From a virus: 64,000 nucleotides of DNA. Shown here piece by piece: positions 9,800 through 18,719 of this stretch (the first letter of the stretch is position 1; every line of letters begins with the position of its first letter). The notes beneath the pieces were generated by a model that worked only from the letters and a program-made list of their open reading frames with translations, had not been told where the DNA came from and ran no database searches. The DNA lies in the IMG/VR virus record IMGVR_UViG_3300033553_000116, positions 50,247-114,246 of that record; one strand, written 5' to 3'. The position numbers and the translations under genes were made by a program.

Positions 9800-9824
9800 T
9801 CACACCTATATTACTATAGTGTAT
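9800..9824 (+). promoter_or_regulatory. phiKZ-type early promoter
   Basis: TCACACCTATATTACTATAGTGTAT. Confidence 0.7.
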
Positions 9825-9890
9825 AACAACCTAGTTATCTTCACCACGAAGAATAGCTAATATAACAGAATTAATTAATGGAGAAATAAC

Positions 9891-11111
9891 ATGTCAGATT
9901 TTAATCTACTAGCTTCAGCAATAGCGGATCTGTGCAATGATGGTAATGTACCACTTGGTGAAATAGTATCAACATCAGATATCTTAACGGCATTACCCAC
10001 GGATGTGGCGCGTATGTTTGAGACACCAACGGCCCTACGTTTAGCAATGACTAAGTTTGATACGTTATTAAATGTACATGGCTTTACATTTAGTCGTCCA
10101 TCTGCACACGTCTGGAAATTTAAAAAGATTGAACCATCCGAATCATCTACAGTACCTAATCCAGTTATAGGTATCCAGCAGCAATTAGATCGCATAGAAG
10201 AAACATTAGATGCCACCAACCAAACGGCTCAGCATAATCGAGAGACTGCTGATACAAACTATTCAGTTCTAGCAACTGGCATTGCCGATATACTTAAAAT
10301 GGTAAAACATATTAATATTTCCACTGCAAAAAGAGATGACATGGGTAGTCTCGCAGACCTTGCTCTCGACTTGGATGCTAAAGCCGTAAAGACTAGTGAG
10401 TTAGTAATGGACCAACTTAGTAAGGCAGATGCTTGGAAAGCAGAATTGCGCGCTATGACAAAACATGCTAATAATGCTGTGGCTGGTATGCAAATAGGGT
10501 TAGATAGCCATATAGCAGCAACTGCTAAACATCAAGACTGGTTATATAGCGCCACTATACAACATCATGAGAACTATATGGGTGGACTTGGAGTGGTGGA
10601 AGGTAATATCAAGCAACACTTTTCTAACTTAGTGGAAGGCATTGGTCGACCACTATCTAACCCACTAGCCAGTATGTCTCAGGCTAAATATAAAAGATCC
10701 TCACCACATTCAAAAGTAGATATAGTGAAAACTGGTAATATTACTACCTTTCGTGGTCTGGCACATAGTGGTCGTACAACAGAGATGCTACATTATTTGG
10801 TAAACCGACGTATTGGAATTGCCAATCAGATACTTTATATCTCTAATGGTGTATCTCCCGATAAAATGTGGAAGGATGTTAATGACACATCTAGGCAGAT
10901 GGGCTTAGATAACCTACCACATGGTAATGTGAAATGTATTTCTATAAACTATAATGTACCCTACGGCAGTGAAGACCTAGCAGATATAATCCGTAGACAC
11001 TCTAACTACATAGTGTTTTTCGATATCCCTATGTCACCCTACAGTAATCTTTTATGGTGGGATGCCAATTTCCATGACCGTGAAGTATATATCACAGAGC
11101 CATTTATATAA
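9891..11111 (+). CDS. Coiled-coil protein with C-terminal degenerate P-loop-like domain
   Basis: 406 aa; heptad-rich middle; GLAHSGRTT resembles Walker A with K>R; IVFFD resembles Walker B. Confidence 0.6.
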   Translation: MSDFNLLASAIADLCNDGNVPLGEIVSTSDILTALPTDVARMFETPTALRLAMTKFDTLLNVHGFTFSRPSAHVWKFKKIEPSESSTVPNPVIGIQQQLDRIEETLDATNQTAQHNRETADTNYSVLATGIADILKMVKHINISTAKRDDMGSLADLALDLDAKAVKTSELVMDQLSKADAWKAELRAMTKHANNAVAGMQIGLDSHIAATAKHQDWLYSATIQHHENYMGGLGVVEGNIKQHFSNLVEGIGRPLSNPLASMSQAKYKRSSPHSKVDIVKTGNITTFRGLAHSGRTTEMLHYLVNRRIGIANQILYISNGVSPDKMWKDVNDTSRQMGLDNLPHGNVKCISINYNVPYGSEDLADIIRRHSNYIVFFDIPMSPYSNLLWWDANFHDREVYITEPFI

Positions 11112-11189
11112 ACCATTATTAAGTATTTTTATACTTCTAAACCTATATTGTGTAGAAAGTTTATTTCTTCTCCTTAAAGTTAAAGTTAA

Positions 11190-11428
11190 AGCCGTTGGGT
11201 TGTCCAAGTCAACCCAACACCTAATTCCCTCCACCCCCTTGTGGAATGATGCAATGACCTAAGCATTTAAATGTTGACTTATGTTAACTAAGAGGTAACT
11301 CTACATCTACGGATATAGTTTTAAACGCAAGATACCCCAGAACTTCCTTATGAGTTGTGGGTCACTATCTTGAGGGCTGACGCGGAGCGACCGTGTCCGG
11401 AAGATATGCCTTGACCAACTTCCACCCA
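11190..11428 (+). ncRNA. Candidate structured ncRNA unit 1 (ends in pseudoknot motif A)
   Basis: No credible ORF; multiple stems (GTTGGGTTG/CAACCCAAC, CAAGATA/TATCTTG, GACGCGG/CCGTGTC, GGAAG/CTTCC); 5' boundary uncertain. Confidence 0.5.
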
Positions 11429-11431
11429 TTC

Positions 11432-11685
11432 AATGTATTAGTATCTAGCAATGATTTACCTCGACGTCTAGGTGCTAGTACATTAATCGGGGGATTGCCC
11501 TCCTCGTTATTTCGTTTGCGGACGATTAAGTTGGGCAGTATGAGTTACATGTACCCAAATAGGGATAATCACTATGTGTAAACAAATCGTTGGGCGCTTT
11601 ATTAATGCGTCGGTCCGGGGACTAGATCGCCGGTGAAAGGCTGCACCCATAATGTTGGTGCTGGGGGAGTTAGCCTACCCCCACC
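11432..11685 (+). ncRNA. Candidate structured ncRNA unit 2 (ends in pseudoknot motif C)
   Basis: Stems AATGTATTAG/CTAGTACATT, TGCCC/GGGCA, CCGG/CCGG, GCACC/GGTGC, TGGGGG/CCCCCA; ends 9 nt before tRNA-Asn. Confidence 0.5.
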
Positions 11686-11694
11686 TTATTTTAT

Positions 11695-11769
11695 TCCGAA
11701 GTAGCTCAGTGGTAGAGCAGAAGCCTGTTAAGCTTTTGGCCGTTGGTTCGACCCCAACCTTCGGAGCCA
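11695..11769 (+). tRNA. tRNA-Asn(GTT)
   Basis: TCCGAAG/CTTCGGA acceptor, GCTC/GAGC D-stem, CTGTTAA anticodon loop, GGTTCGAC T-arm, encoded GCCA. Confidence 0.95.
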
Positions 11770-11776
11770 CACAACG

Positions 11777-11850
11777 TCGGACATAGCTCAGTTGGGAGAG
11801 CGGCACCTTTGCGGGTGTGATTGTCGCAGGTTCAATCCCTGCTGTCTGAC
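11777..11850 (+). tRNA. Atypical tRNA or pseudo-tRNA (Ala-like, TGC in a 6-nt loop)
   Basis: TCGGACA/TGTCTGA acceptor with G3.U70; canonical D and T arms; GCACC/GGTGT stem closes TTTGCG; 7-nt variable region; no CCA. Confidence 0.7.
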
Positions 11851-11855
11851 ACTTC

Positions 11856-12126
11856 ATTTTCACTTATGGTAACAAGGGTTTACTGTCATTTACCTGCATC
11901 CGCCCTAAGTGAAAATTATTCTGTATGGACTTCTACGGAAGTTTGACTTACAGCTAGCTCCTGGAATGAGAATTAACTCATTGTACGTTTACCCCCGGTA
12001 GTTAGATAAATCCAAGTGGTTCTAGTTTGGTCTTGCAATCCATTAACACCCCCTAAGTAAGTGCTGTTCATAAGAGGCTGGTGTACCTTACGTACTCCGT
12101 GGAAGATGTGCCTTAACTTCCACCCA
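11856..12126 (+). ncRNA. Candidate structured ncRNA unit 3 (ends in pseudoknot motif B)
   Basis: ATTTTCACTTA/TAAGTGAAAAT, ACTTC/GAAGT, AATGAG/CTCATT, GTAC/GTAC, GTGGAAG/CTTCCAC stems; followed by terminator. Confidence 0.5.
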
Positions 12127-12132
12127 TTCATT

Positions 12133-12175
12133 AGCCAGTCACATTGCGTGACTGGCTTATTTATATATTTTTTTA
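12133..12175 (+). terminator. Terminator closing the RNA island
   Basis: AGCCAGTCAC-ATTGC-GTGACTGGCT then T-rich tail. Confidence 0.8.
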
Positions 12176-12196
12176 TCTTATTGCTTGGAGTTGACA

Positions 12197-12385
12197 ATGA
12201 ATAATGTGGTAAATATTACCAGAGCAGCAGATAGACTAGCTGTAAAAAATAGAGAAGCTTGGGAAAGATTGCAGCCCTTTATTAATATGATTCAAGATGT
12301 ACGTAAGGGTAACCGAACGGCTAAAGAACAAGAAACAGTCCAGGCTCAAAGAAAGGGAAAGTTCCTATGGCTAAACAACACATAA
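12197..12385 (+). CDS. Small hypothetical protein
   Basis: GGAG SD before ATG 12197. Confidence 0.55.
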   Translation: MNNVVNITRAADRLAVKNREAWERLQPFINMIQDVRKGNRTAKEQETVQAQRKGKFLWLNNT

Positions 12386-12621
12386 CAGGTAAAGAAAAGA
12401 AACTCATTAATCTGTTCATTTCTACTGCTAGAGACTATGAGGTAAATAATAAAAAGAGATATCTAGATATTCCTCTAAGTCCTACCGATGGTAATCTTAG
12501 TGATAATGCTAGACATAGACTATTTAAATTAGTTAAAGCTCATGGACTCAATTATAGGTATATGGCAACCACGGCACGTAACGTTAGATATAGACGTATT
12601 ATAGTAGGGCCGTACGTTTAA
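12367..12621 (+). CDS. Small basic hypothetical protein
   Basis: 84-aa ORF, AAGGG SD. Confidence 0.55.
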   Translation: MAKQHITGKEKKLINLFISTARDYEVNNKKRYLDIPLSPTDGNLSDNARHRLFKLVKAHGLNYRYMATTARNVRYRRIIVGPYV

Positions 12622-12686
12622 CTATAGGGTATACGGCAAACATCTTATAGTCTATGCAATTAACCAATTAAATTAATGGAAGTGAT

Positions 12687-13418
12687 ATGAGTTCTAAATT
12701 GACATTAAAGAAATATACTATCGACCCTATAGCCCAAGAAGAAGTTGCTTCTTTAGAGGATATGGAGAATGCTAGATGTACTACCCAGCATTCCTTGTTT
12801 GTTACAGAAGTGGAAGGTGTTCAACACTTCAAACTACATCTAGAGGACATCATGCCTGAGAAAGCGGCATTCCATGTGATACTTAATAGATTATCTCAAG
12901 CACAACAGGGTGATACGTTGGAATTACGTATACATAGCAATGGCGGCAGTACTGATATTGGTCAGATTATTATTAACATGATTAATAATGTATTTCCTGG
13001 TCGAGCTACTGCAGTCTTGGATAACATGGGTAAATCAATGGGTGCTATTATTTTCTGTAATTGTCCTAAACGTATTGTGAATGTAAATTCAGACATCATG
13101 TTCCATTGGTATAGTGTAGGAGTTAGTGGTAAAGGAAATGAAGTCACTAGTAGCATTGATCGAGCAAACGAAGCACTTAGGGATTTATACCAACGTTCAA
13201 TGGTTGATACGGGTTTTCTAACACAGGAAGAAGTCGATAGATTGTACGATGGTAAGGATTACCCATTCGGCACAGTAGAGATGTGTCAACGTGGCATTGC
13301 TACACATGTACTAGTCAGAGGTATTGAAATCCCTGCAGTACAATACTTAGGATACAAGTCTGAATCATTAACAGATGATGACATGGTTATATCCTATCAC
13401 AGTGAAAGAAATATTTAA
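12687..13418 (+). CDS. ClpP-like serine protease (S14/S49 fold)
   Basis: LRIHSNGGS, GKSMGAIIF (catalytic Ser), IMFH (His). Confidence 0.8.
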   Translation: MSSKLTLKKYTIDPIAQEEVASLEDMENARCTTQHSLFVTEVEGVQHFKLHLEDIMPEKAAFHVILNRLSQAQQGDTLELRIHSNGGSTDIGQIIINMINNVFPGRATAVLDNMGKSMGAIIFCNCPKRIVNVNSDIMFHWYSVGVSGKGNEVTSSIDRANEALRDLYQRSMVDTGFLTQEEVDRLYDGKDYPFGTVEMCQRGIATHVLVRGIEIPAVQYLGYKSESLTDDDMVISYHSERNI

Positions 13419-13484
13419 AACTCTTCTTTATTAGGCGTCCTAACGGTCGTCTAATTATTGACATAAACTAAAAAAAAAGGAAGA

Positions 13485-14003
13485 GTGTATAGAAAAGGAA
13501 AATTTATGACAAATTCAAGTCAAGCAGTAACACCTGTTACGTATAAAGGACTTGTCAGTGAGGGATACTTTATTACCTTAGCTGAGCTACGTGAGAAGTT
13601 AAACTTCTCCAATGGTACAGACTTTCAAGAAGCAGTAACATGGATTCATGTCGAACAAGATATGAGACAGTTATTTATACCTGAACAAGTCCTCTGTACG
13701 AATGTTAGTTGGAAATCGCTTTCCCAGTTTGATAATACAATAATTGAAATAGGCGAATTAAGATATATTGTACGCATGCTTGATAACAACGAGTGGGATA
13801 ATATATTAGGATACCTGATTGATAAGGGTGAACTTACGGAAGATCAGTTATCTGTTAAGTTTATGAATGGTCAGGGTTCAGGTACATGGGTTCTAGATGG
13901 GACTATCCGTGGATACAATGGTATCAGTGGTGAGGTTGAAGTAGATCCATTAACAAGTACTAAGAACTATGGCTGGCGTCCAGTTTTAGAATTGATTAAA
14001 TAA
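13485..14003 (+). CDS. Hypothetical (virion-associated?) protein
   Basis: NVSW and C-terminal GWRPVLEL pattern seen in jumbo-phage structural proteins; likely start 13506. Confidence 0.6.
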   Translation: MYRKGKFMTNSSQAVTPVTYKGLVSEGYFITLAELREKLNFSNGTDFQEAVTWIHVEQDMRQLFIPEQVLCTNVSWKSLSQFDNTIIEIGELRYIVRMLDNNEWDNILGYLIDKGELTEDQLSVKFMNGQGSGTWVLDGTIRGYNGISGEVEVDPLTSTKNYGWRPVLELIK

Positions 14004-14021
14004 AAAAAAAAAGGAAGAAAG

Positions 14022-14402
14022 ATGAGTGCAGTAGTAATTACCCCAAAAGCATTAACAGCAGCGGCACAACTAGCCACTGGCGAAATGGCATCATCACAAA
14101 TCGAAGCACTGCAAAAAGTTTCGTTAATTGGTGTTATCAATACAAAGCTTAATGAATTTAAAGATTCTCTTAAAACATTACCAGAATCCCTCTACGATGT
14201 ACAGACTATTAATTTAAAAGCGCATGTTTGGAATAGTGCCATTCATCCTGATACAGCGCAATATAGACCAGAGTCCATTATAATCCCACAATCTGCCACA
14301 GATATGGCCATTGGATTATTAACTGACATGGGATATAATGCAGCCTCTACTACCGATGGACTATCCTTTAATGTTATTGATCCAGCAGCTGCACCGGCTT
14401 AA
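14022..14402 (+). CDS. Hypothetical protein
   Basis: 126 aa, AAGGA SD. Confidence 0.7.
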   Translation: MSAVVITPKALTAAAQLATGEMASSQIEALQKVSLIGVINTKLNEFKDSLKTLPESLYDVQTINLKAHVWNSAIHPDTAQYRPESIIIPQSATDMAIGLLTDMGYNAASTTDGLSFNVIDPAAAPA

Positions 14403-14411
14403 GGTTAATCC

Positions 14412-15362
14412 ATGACTAAATTTAAAGCCAAAGAGTGTGAAGAATATCCGGAGTTCTATGAGATCCCTGGGTATAGTAAACATGGCGCTAGTAAAGAGGG
14501 CGAGATACTTACTAAGAAAACTGGCAATGCTACTCTAGGTGGATTAGCTGGAAGATATAGAAAGGTTAGCGTTTATGCCAACGATGACTCCGATGCTACC
14601 TTGCGCTATGTGCACGACTTAGTTTGCAGAGCCTTTAACGGTAAACCAAAGAAGGACCAAGTTGTGTTACACAAAGATAGTGATAGAGAGAATTGTAAAG
14701 CAGTCAATCTTAAATGGGGAGATCAGTCAGAGAACATCCAACAGATGTGGGATGAGGGACAACGTGTAAGTACTGAAGAATATAAAGGCAAGTTTGTAAC
14801 CGGTAAAGATATACCACCACTATACCACATTATGTTTCCTAAGGATAAAGCTGGTACCTGGTTCCCTAAAGTTCCGGATGGTAGTGAGTTCAATGCAGAA
14901 ACTAAATATACTGATGGTGACTTACCTCGTATTTCATTCTGTCCCACTATTCAACAATGCGCACTGACTATATGGCCAATGATTGAACATATGCTTGCCA
15001 ATCCAAAGGTTGGACTATTAACCTTTCAAGTATATATGCCAGAGATTTCTTCAAGCACTCAGTTTATCTCACCTAAGGAACTAACAAAAGATCACTTAGT
15101 CTGGGATGCACATGTAACTGAAGAGTGGATTACATTAGAGCCACTAGAAGTTAGGCATGTTGGATCAGTTCATATCTTTCAACCTAGTAAGAAAGACCTT
15201 GAACCTAACATGATACATCCATATGACGATAAGAAAGAACCAGTGGCACCTGCTGGACCTAAGAAGATTTCTTTTAAGTGGATTGTTAGGGAAGAAAAGG
15301 GAATTGAATCGTTTCGTGAAGAAGTCATTGAACTACAATTACCCGCATCTGCTAAATGGTAA
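14412..15362 (+). CDS. NUMOD4-type HNH endonuclease fused to a second domain
   Basis: YEIPGYS..S.EG.I; YVHDLV..AF.G..VLHKD.DR.N....NL.W....EN HNH motif in first ~118 aa. Confidence 0.8.
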   Translation: MTKFKAKECEEYPEFYEIPGYSKHGASKEGEILTKKTGNATLGGLAGRYRKVSVYANDDSDATLRYVHDLVCRAFNGKPKKDQVVLHKDSDRENCKAVNLKWGDQSENIQQMWDEGQRVSTEEYKGKFVTGKDIPPLYHIMFPKDKAGTWFPKVPDGSEFNAETKYTDGDLPRISFCPTIQQCALTIWPMIEHMLANPKVGLLTFQVYMPEISSSTQFISPKELTKDHLVWDAHVTEEWITLEPLEVRHVGSVHIFQPSKKDLEPNMIHPYDDKKEPVAPAGPKKISFKWIVREEKGIESFREEVIELQLPASAKW

Positions 15363-15381
15363 AAGGAGATTAACATGAGAG

Positions 15382-15957
15382 ATGGTTGGGAAGATTATTA
15401 ATATATTAGAAGGTGTGTTGTACTATACTGGTATTGGAGCGAGAGCTACTCCTCAGTGGGCTTTAACTATGATGACTGAAATCGCTAGGCAACTTAGCTT
15501 GGAAGGTCACGTACTAAGGTCAGGGGGCGCACCTGGTGCAGACAGTGCCTTTGAGTATGGTCATGCTGGGAATATGGAAATCTTTTTACCATGGGATGGT
15601 TTCGAAAAGAAATACATTGGTGAAAATCCAGATATCTATATAGTTCCAGAGAAGGCTGTGCCTAGAGTAGTTTATAATAGAGCGTGGGAAATGGCTAGAG
15701 ATATACACCCTAACTGGAGTGCTGTATCTCAAGGTGTTTCTAAGATGCATGTTAGAAATGTATTTCAGATATTAGGTTATGATTTGGATACACCGTCTAC
15801 GGTAGTAGTCTTTTGGGCACCTGAGCGTAATGGGGTTGTAGCTGGTGGTACAGCTACTGCTATTCATTTGGCTAGAGCACATGGCATACCTACATTTAAT
15901 TTGAACAATCCTGAACAACTGGATATTGTTAGAAGACGATTTGGAATTGCTGCGTAA
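15382..15957 (+). CDS. DprA/SLOG-like Rossmann-fold protein
   Basis: YYTGIGARATP, LRSGGAPGADSAFE, GGTATAI motifs. Confidence 0.75.
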   Translation: MVGKIINILEGVLYYTGIGARATPQWALTMMTEIARQLSLEGHVLRSGGAPGADSAFEYGHAGNMEIFLPWDGFEKKYIGENPDIYIVPEKAVPRVVYNRAWEMARDIHPNWSAVSQGVSKMHVRNVFQILGYDLDTPSTVVVFWAPERNGVVAGGTATAIHLARAHGIPTFNLNNPEQLDIVRRRFGIAA

Positions 15958-15964
15958 CATAAAT

Positions 15965-16004
15965 GAGAGAGTCCTTGCGGACTCTCTCTTATGCTATTTT
16001 TTTT
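15965..16004. terminator. Terminator between convergent genes
   Basis: GAGAGAGTCC-TTGC-GGACTCTCTC-TTATGC then T-run. Confidence 0.75.
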
Positions 16005-16009
16005 TTATC

Positions 16010-17782
16010 TTAGAACAACAAAGCAATACTAAATGCTTCGAAAGAACTTACGTTAGTAATGATTACTGTGTTAGCATCTAATACTTGCATATTGCGAGTT
16101 GAACTAGGACTGAATGCAGTCATCGGTACTGAGTCTTTATTAATACCAGACCAGCTAGACGGAATCTTACCCAAACCGTGTGTGATTTTGATAGAGGAAT
16201 CAGAATACTCTTTAATAATTGTTACACCAGCTGGAGCAGCGAAAGCCAAAGTTGTAAATGAAGTAACATCAACAGTTACTCTAACTACTTCAGATAGAAT
16301 TTCCATATCTCCAGAACCTAAGATTGGAGTACCGTTAATTGTTTTAACATTGGTACCACTAATCAAGGTTGCTTGCTTACTAGCTAATGCTGCTACAAGT
16401 CCAGAGATATAATCAATTGTTTCAGAGACAGGCTTAGAATAAACAGTATCTGTAAACACTGCACCAGCGGGAACATTAGATAGAACAGTCTTAGAGTTAA
16501 CTGTAGCTGCGTTAACACCTAAGGCATCAATCTCAGCTTTAGTCTGGTCACCAGTAGCGCCAGCTTCAATACCACCTAACTTAGACTTCTCAACAGTAGT
16601 GTAGTCATTAGTTGATAATGCTTTACCAGCTACAACATCCACTTTGCCTGAAAGTGCTGCAGTTAATCCAGCGATACTATTGATACTTAATGAAGATAAA
16701 GTATTTGCATTAATTTTAATGAAGTCAACAACTTCTTGTAATGTATCAAGTGTAGTATCACCTGAAGTTAAAACTGATTGAAGTAATTGAACATCAGTAA
16801 TGATATCAGCAATGTCAGGTGCTTCTAATTTAGCAGCTAGTTCTAAAGTCAAGTTTGAAATATATGAGATAGGTTCAGCTGTAGGTTTAGTGTAAATTGT
16901 ATCAGTGAACAATGCATTAATCGGTACATTAATGTCAACAGTCTTTCCGTTAACAGTATCAGCATCTACACCAAGTGCATCTATATCTAATTTAGTTTGG
17001 TCTGCAGTAGCACCCGCTTCGATGGCTGTTAGTTTAGACTTCTCTGCAGTTGTATAATCGTTAGCTGATAAACCTTTACCTACGATTATGTCTACCTTAC
17101 CAGATAAAGCAGCAGCCAAACCGGCGATGTTAGCAATGCCCATTGTATCTAAAGTAGTTCTATTAACTTTAATAAAGTCAACTAACTCTTGTAGATCATT
17201 AAGTGCAACATCATTAGTTGTTAGTACTAAGTTAATGTTATCAACAGTACTTTGTACTGCGGCAAGATCACTGGTTGTAATAGCGTCAGCAAGGAGAGCT
17301 GTCAATCCTGTAATTTTGTCAACTGCAATAGTAGGGATCTGTGCAGGGGCAAAAAGGCCCTGAGTGATAACGCTAGCATTATCGCCACCAAATCCACGAT
17401 CGGCATTAAACAGCTGTGCAATCTGACCAATCTCAGAGGCAATTAGTACAGCATTCCAGTGCGGAGTTACTACACCGTTAACCGGCGTTACCACAGCACC
17501 ACGACTTACATTACCAAGTTCTGGAGCTACATCGGCTGAAGGGGTCTTAGTGTGTTTAAGTGATGTTAAAAACGTATTGCCAGTAGCAATTACTACTGCC
17601 GTTACTTCCCAAATATTACCACTTGGACTGAAAACAAAATCACCGACTTCGATAGGGTTAGCAGTTGAGTTCTCACCCACTTTATATTTAACGGTTACTT
17701 TAATGCCATCCCACGCAAGTGTGGTGTTATTAAAGACTTGATTACCATCAAATGGTAAAATACTTATTCCTGAATTAATCAT
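16010..17782 (-). CDS. Fibre protein (tail/head fibre) with internal duplication
   Basis: Two ~150-aa repeats with GKGLSxNDYTTxEKSKL; MINxGIxILPF N-domain; C-terminal STRNMQ domain. Confidence 0.75.
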   Translation of the reverse strand: MINSGISILPFDGNQVFNNTTLAWDGIKVTVKYKVGENSTANPIEVGDFVFSPSGNIWEVTAVVIATGNTFLTSLKHTKTPSADVAPELGNVSRGAVVTPVNGVVTPHWNAVLIASEIGQIAQLFNADRGFGGDNASVITQGLFAPAQIPTIAVDKITGLTALLADAITTSDLAAVQSTVDNINLVLTTNDVALNDLQELVDFIKVNRTTLDTMGIANIAGLAAALSGKVDIIVGKGLSANDYTTAEKSKLTAIEAGATADQTKLDIDALGVDADTVNGKTVDINVPINALFTDTIYTKPTAEPISYISNLTLELAAKLEAPDIADIITDVQLLQSVLTSGDTTLDTLQEVVDFIKINANTLSSLSINSIAGLTAALSGKVDVVAGKALSTNDYTTVEKSKLGGIEAGATGDQTKAEIDALGVNAATVNSKTVLSNVPAGAVFTDTVYSKPVSETIDYISGLVAALASKQATLISGTNVKTINGTPILGSGDMEILSEVVRVTVDVTSFTTLAFAAPAGVTIIKEYSDSSIKITHGLGKIPSSWSGINKDSVPMTAFSPSSTRNMQVLDANTVIITNVSSFEAFSIALLF

Positions 17783-17820
17783 ACAACTTCCTTTATTTAT
17801 TAAACCTAAGTCATTATTTG

Positions 17821-17837
17821 TTTTATGTACATAAAAT
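17821..17837. promoter_or_regulatory. 16-bp palindrome TTTTATGTACATAAAA between divergent genes (possible bidirectional late promoter)
   Basis: Perfect palindrome containing TTTTATGTA on both strands. Confidence 0.45.
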
Positions 17838-17913
17838 CAGTTTCAATATGAGTAAAATCATAGAGCCTATGGATAAACTATGTAGAAAAAATTAACCACA
17901 TAAAGGGATAAAC

Positions 17914-18576
17914 ATGTTTATTGTAATTGAGGGAACAGATGGTTCGGGGAAAACTACTATAGCTAAACGATTAGTAGCAGAGTTTGAAAAGGGTAATGAA
18001 AAGGTAGTACACACTAGGGAGTTAGGTGGCTGCGGATTAAGTGAGAAGATTCGTAGATTGGTAATTGAAAATAGGGACAATGACTGTAATACTGATTTAA
18101 TGTTAGCATTTGCAGCGAGAAACGAACATGTAACGAAAGTTATCCTACCTCACTTACTGGCTGACCACGTAGTAATATCTGAAAGATTTGCTGATAGCAC
18201 ATTCGCATATCAAGTTAGAGGCTCTGGAGCGGATGAAGATTTATTCCATCATCTAGAAGCACAGATTAGTAAAATACTACCACCGCCTCTTACTATCTAT
18301 TTATCCATTGATCCTAAGTTGGCACATGAGCGCATGAGTCTTAGGAATGTTGAACTAGATAAGTTCGAAGAGAATGATGAGCTGCTTGAAGATATAGACG
18401 ATGCTTACAATGAACGTATCTACGCTGACCGTGAAAGGTTCATAATCATCGATGCAAGTCAGACAATTGAGGAAATGATGGCTCAAATAATTCCTGCAGT
18501 TTCAGCCAGACGAGATGCATGTACATATGGTGCTTTTTGTAAAGAAGAAGCAAAAAAATACAATATAATAGGTTAG
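17914..18576 (+). CDS. tmk: Thymidylate (dTMP) kinase
   Basis: FIVIEGTDGSGKTT, TRELGG, AARNEHV, ERFADSTFAYQ. Confidence 0.95.
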   Translation: MFIVIEGTDGSGKTTIAKRLVAEFEKGNEKVVHTRELGGCGLSEKIRRLVIENRDNDCNTDLMLAFAARNEHVTKVILPHLLADHVVISERFADSTFAYQVRGSGADEDLFHHLEAQISKILPPPLTIYLSIDPKLAHERMSLRNVELDKFEENDELLEDIDDAYNERIYADRERFIIIDASQTIEEMMAQIIPAVSARRDACTYGAFCKEEAKKYNIIG

Positions 18577-18719
18577 CTAAAAGTACTTTTGGGGAGACTA
18601 TATATTCTGTTCAAAAAGGGGGGTTTTACATTTTCAGGCTACAGGCTAGTTTTTAAAAAATAAGAATAACAATAGAAAAAATAAACTACACTAACTTACC
18701 AAATATTGGAGTTTTTTTA

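Noticed and set aside
11373-11690. tmRNA (AGGGCTGACGCGGAGCGAC resembles the tmRNA 5' end)
   Set aside because: No matching 3' acceptor strand, T-arm or tag ORF; the segment folds locally as part of the repeated pseudoknot motif
11866-11915. Pistol or HDV-like (theta) ribozyme after the tRNA (loop AGGGT pairing with GCCCT AAGTG)
   Set aside because: Required P2/P3 helices and catalytic spacing cannot be built
11062-12197. Short ORFs in the RNA island (11062+, 11393+, 11675-, 11973-)
   Set aside because: No SD, atypical composition, overlap tRNAs and RNA stems
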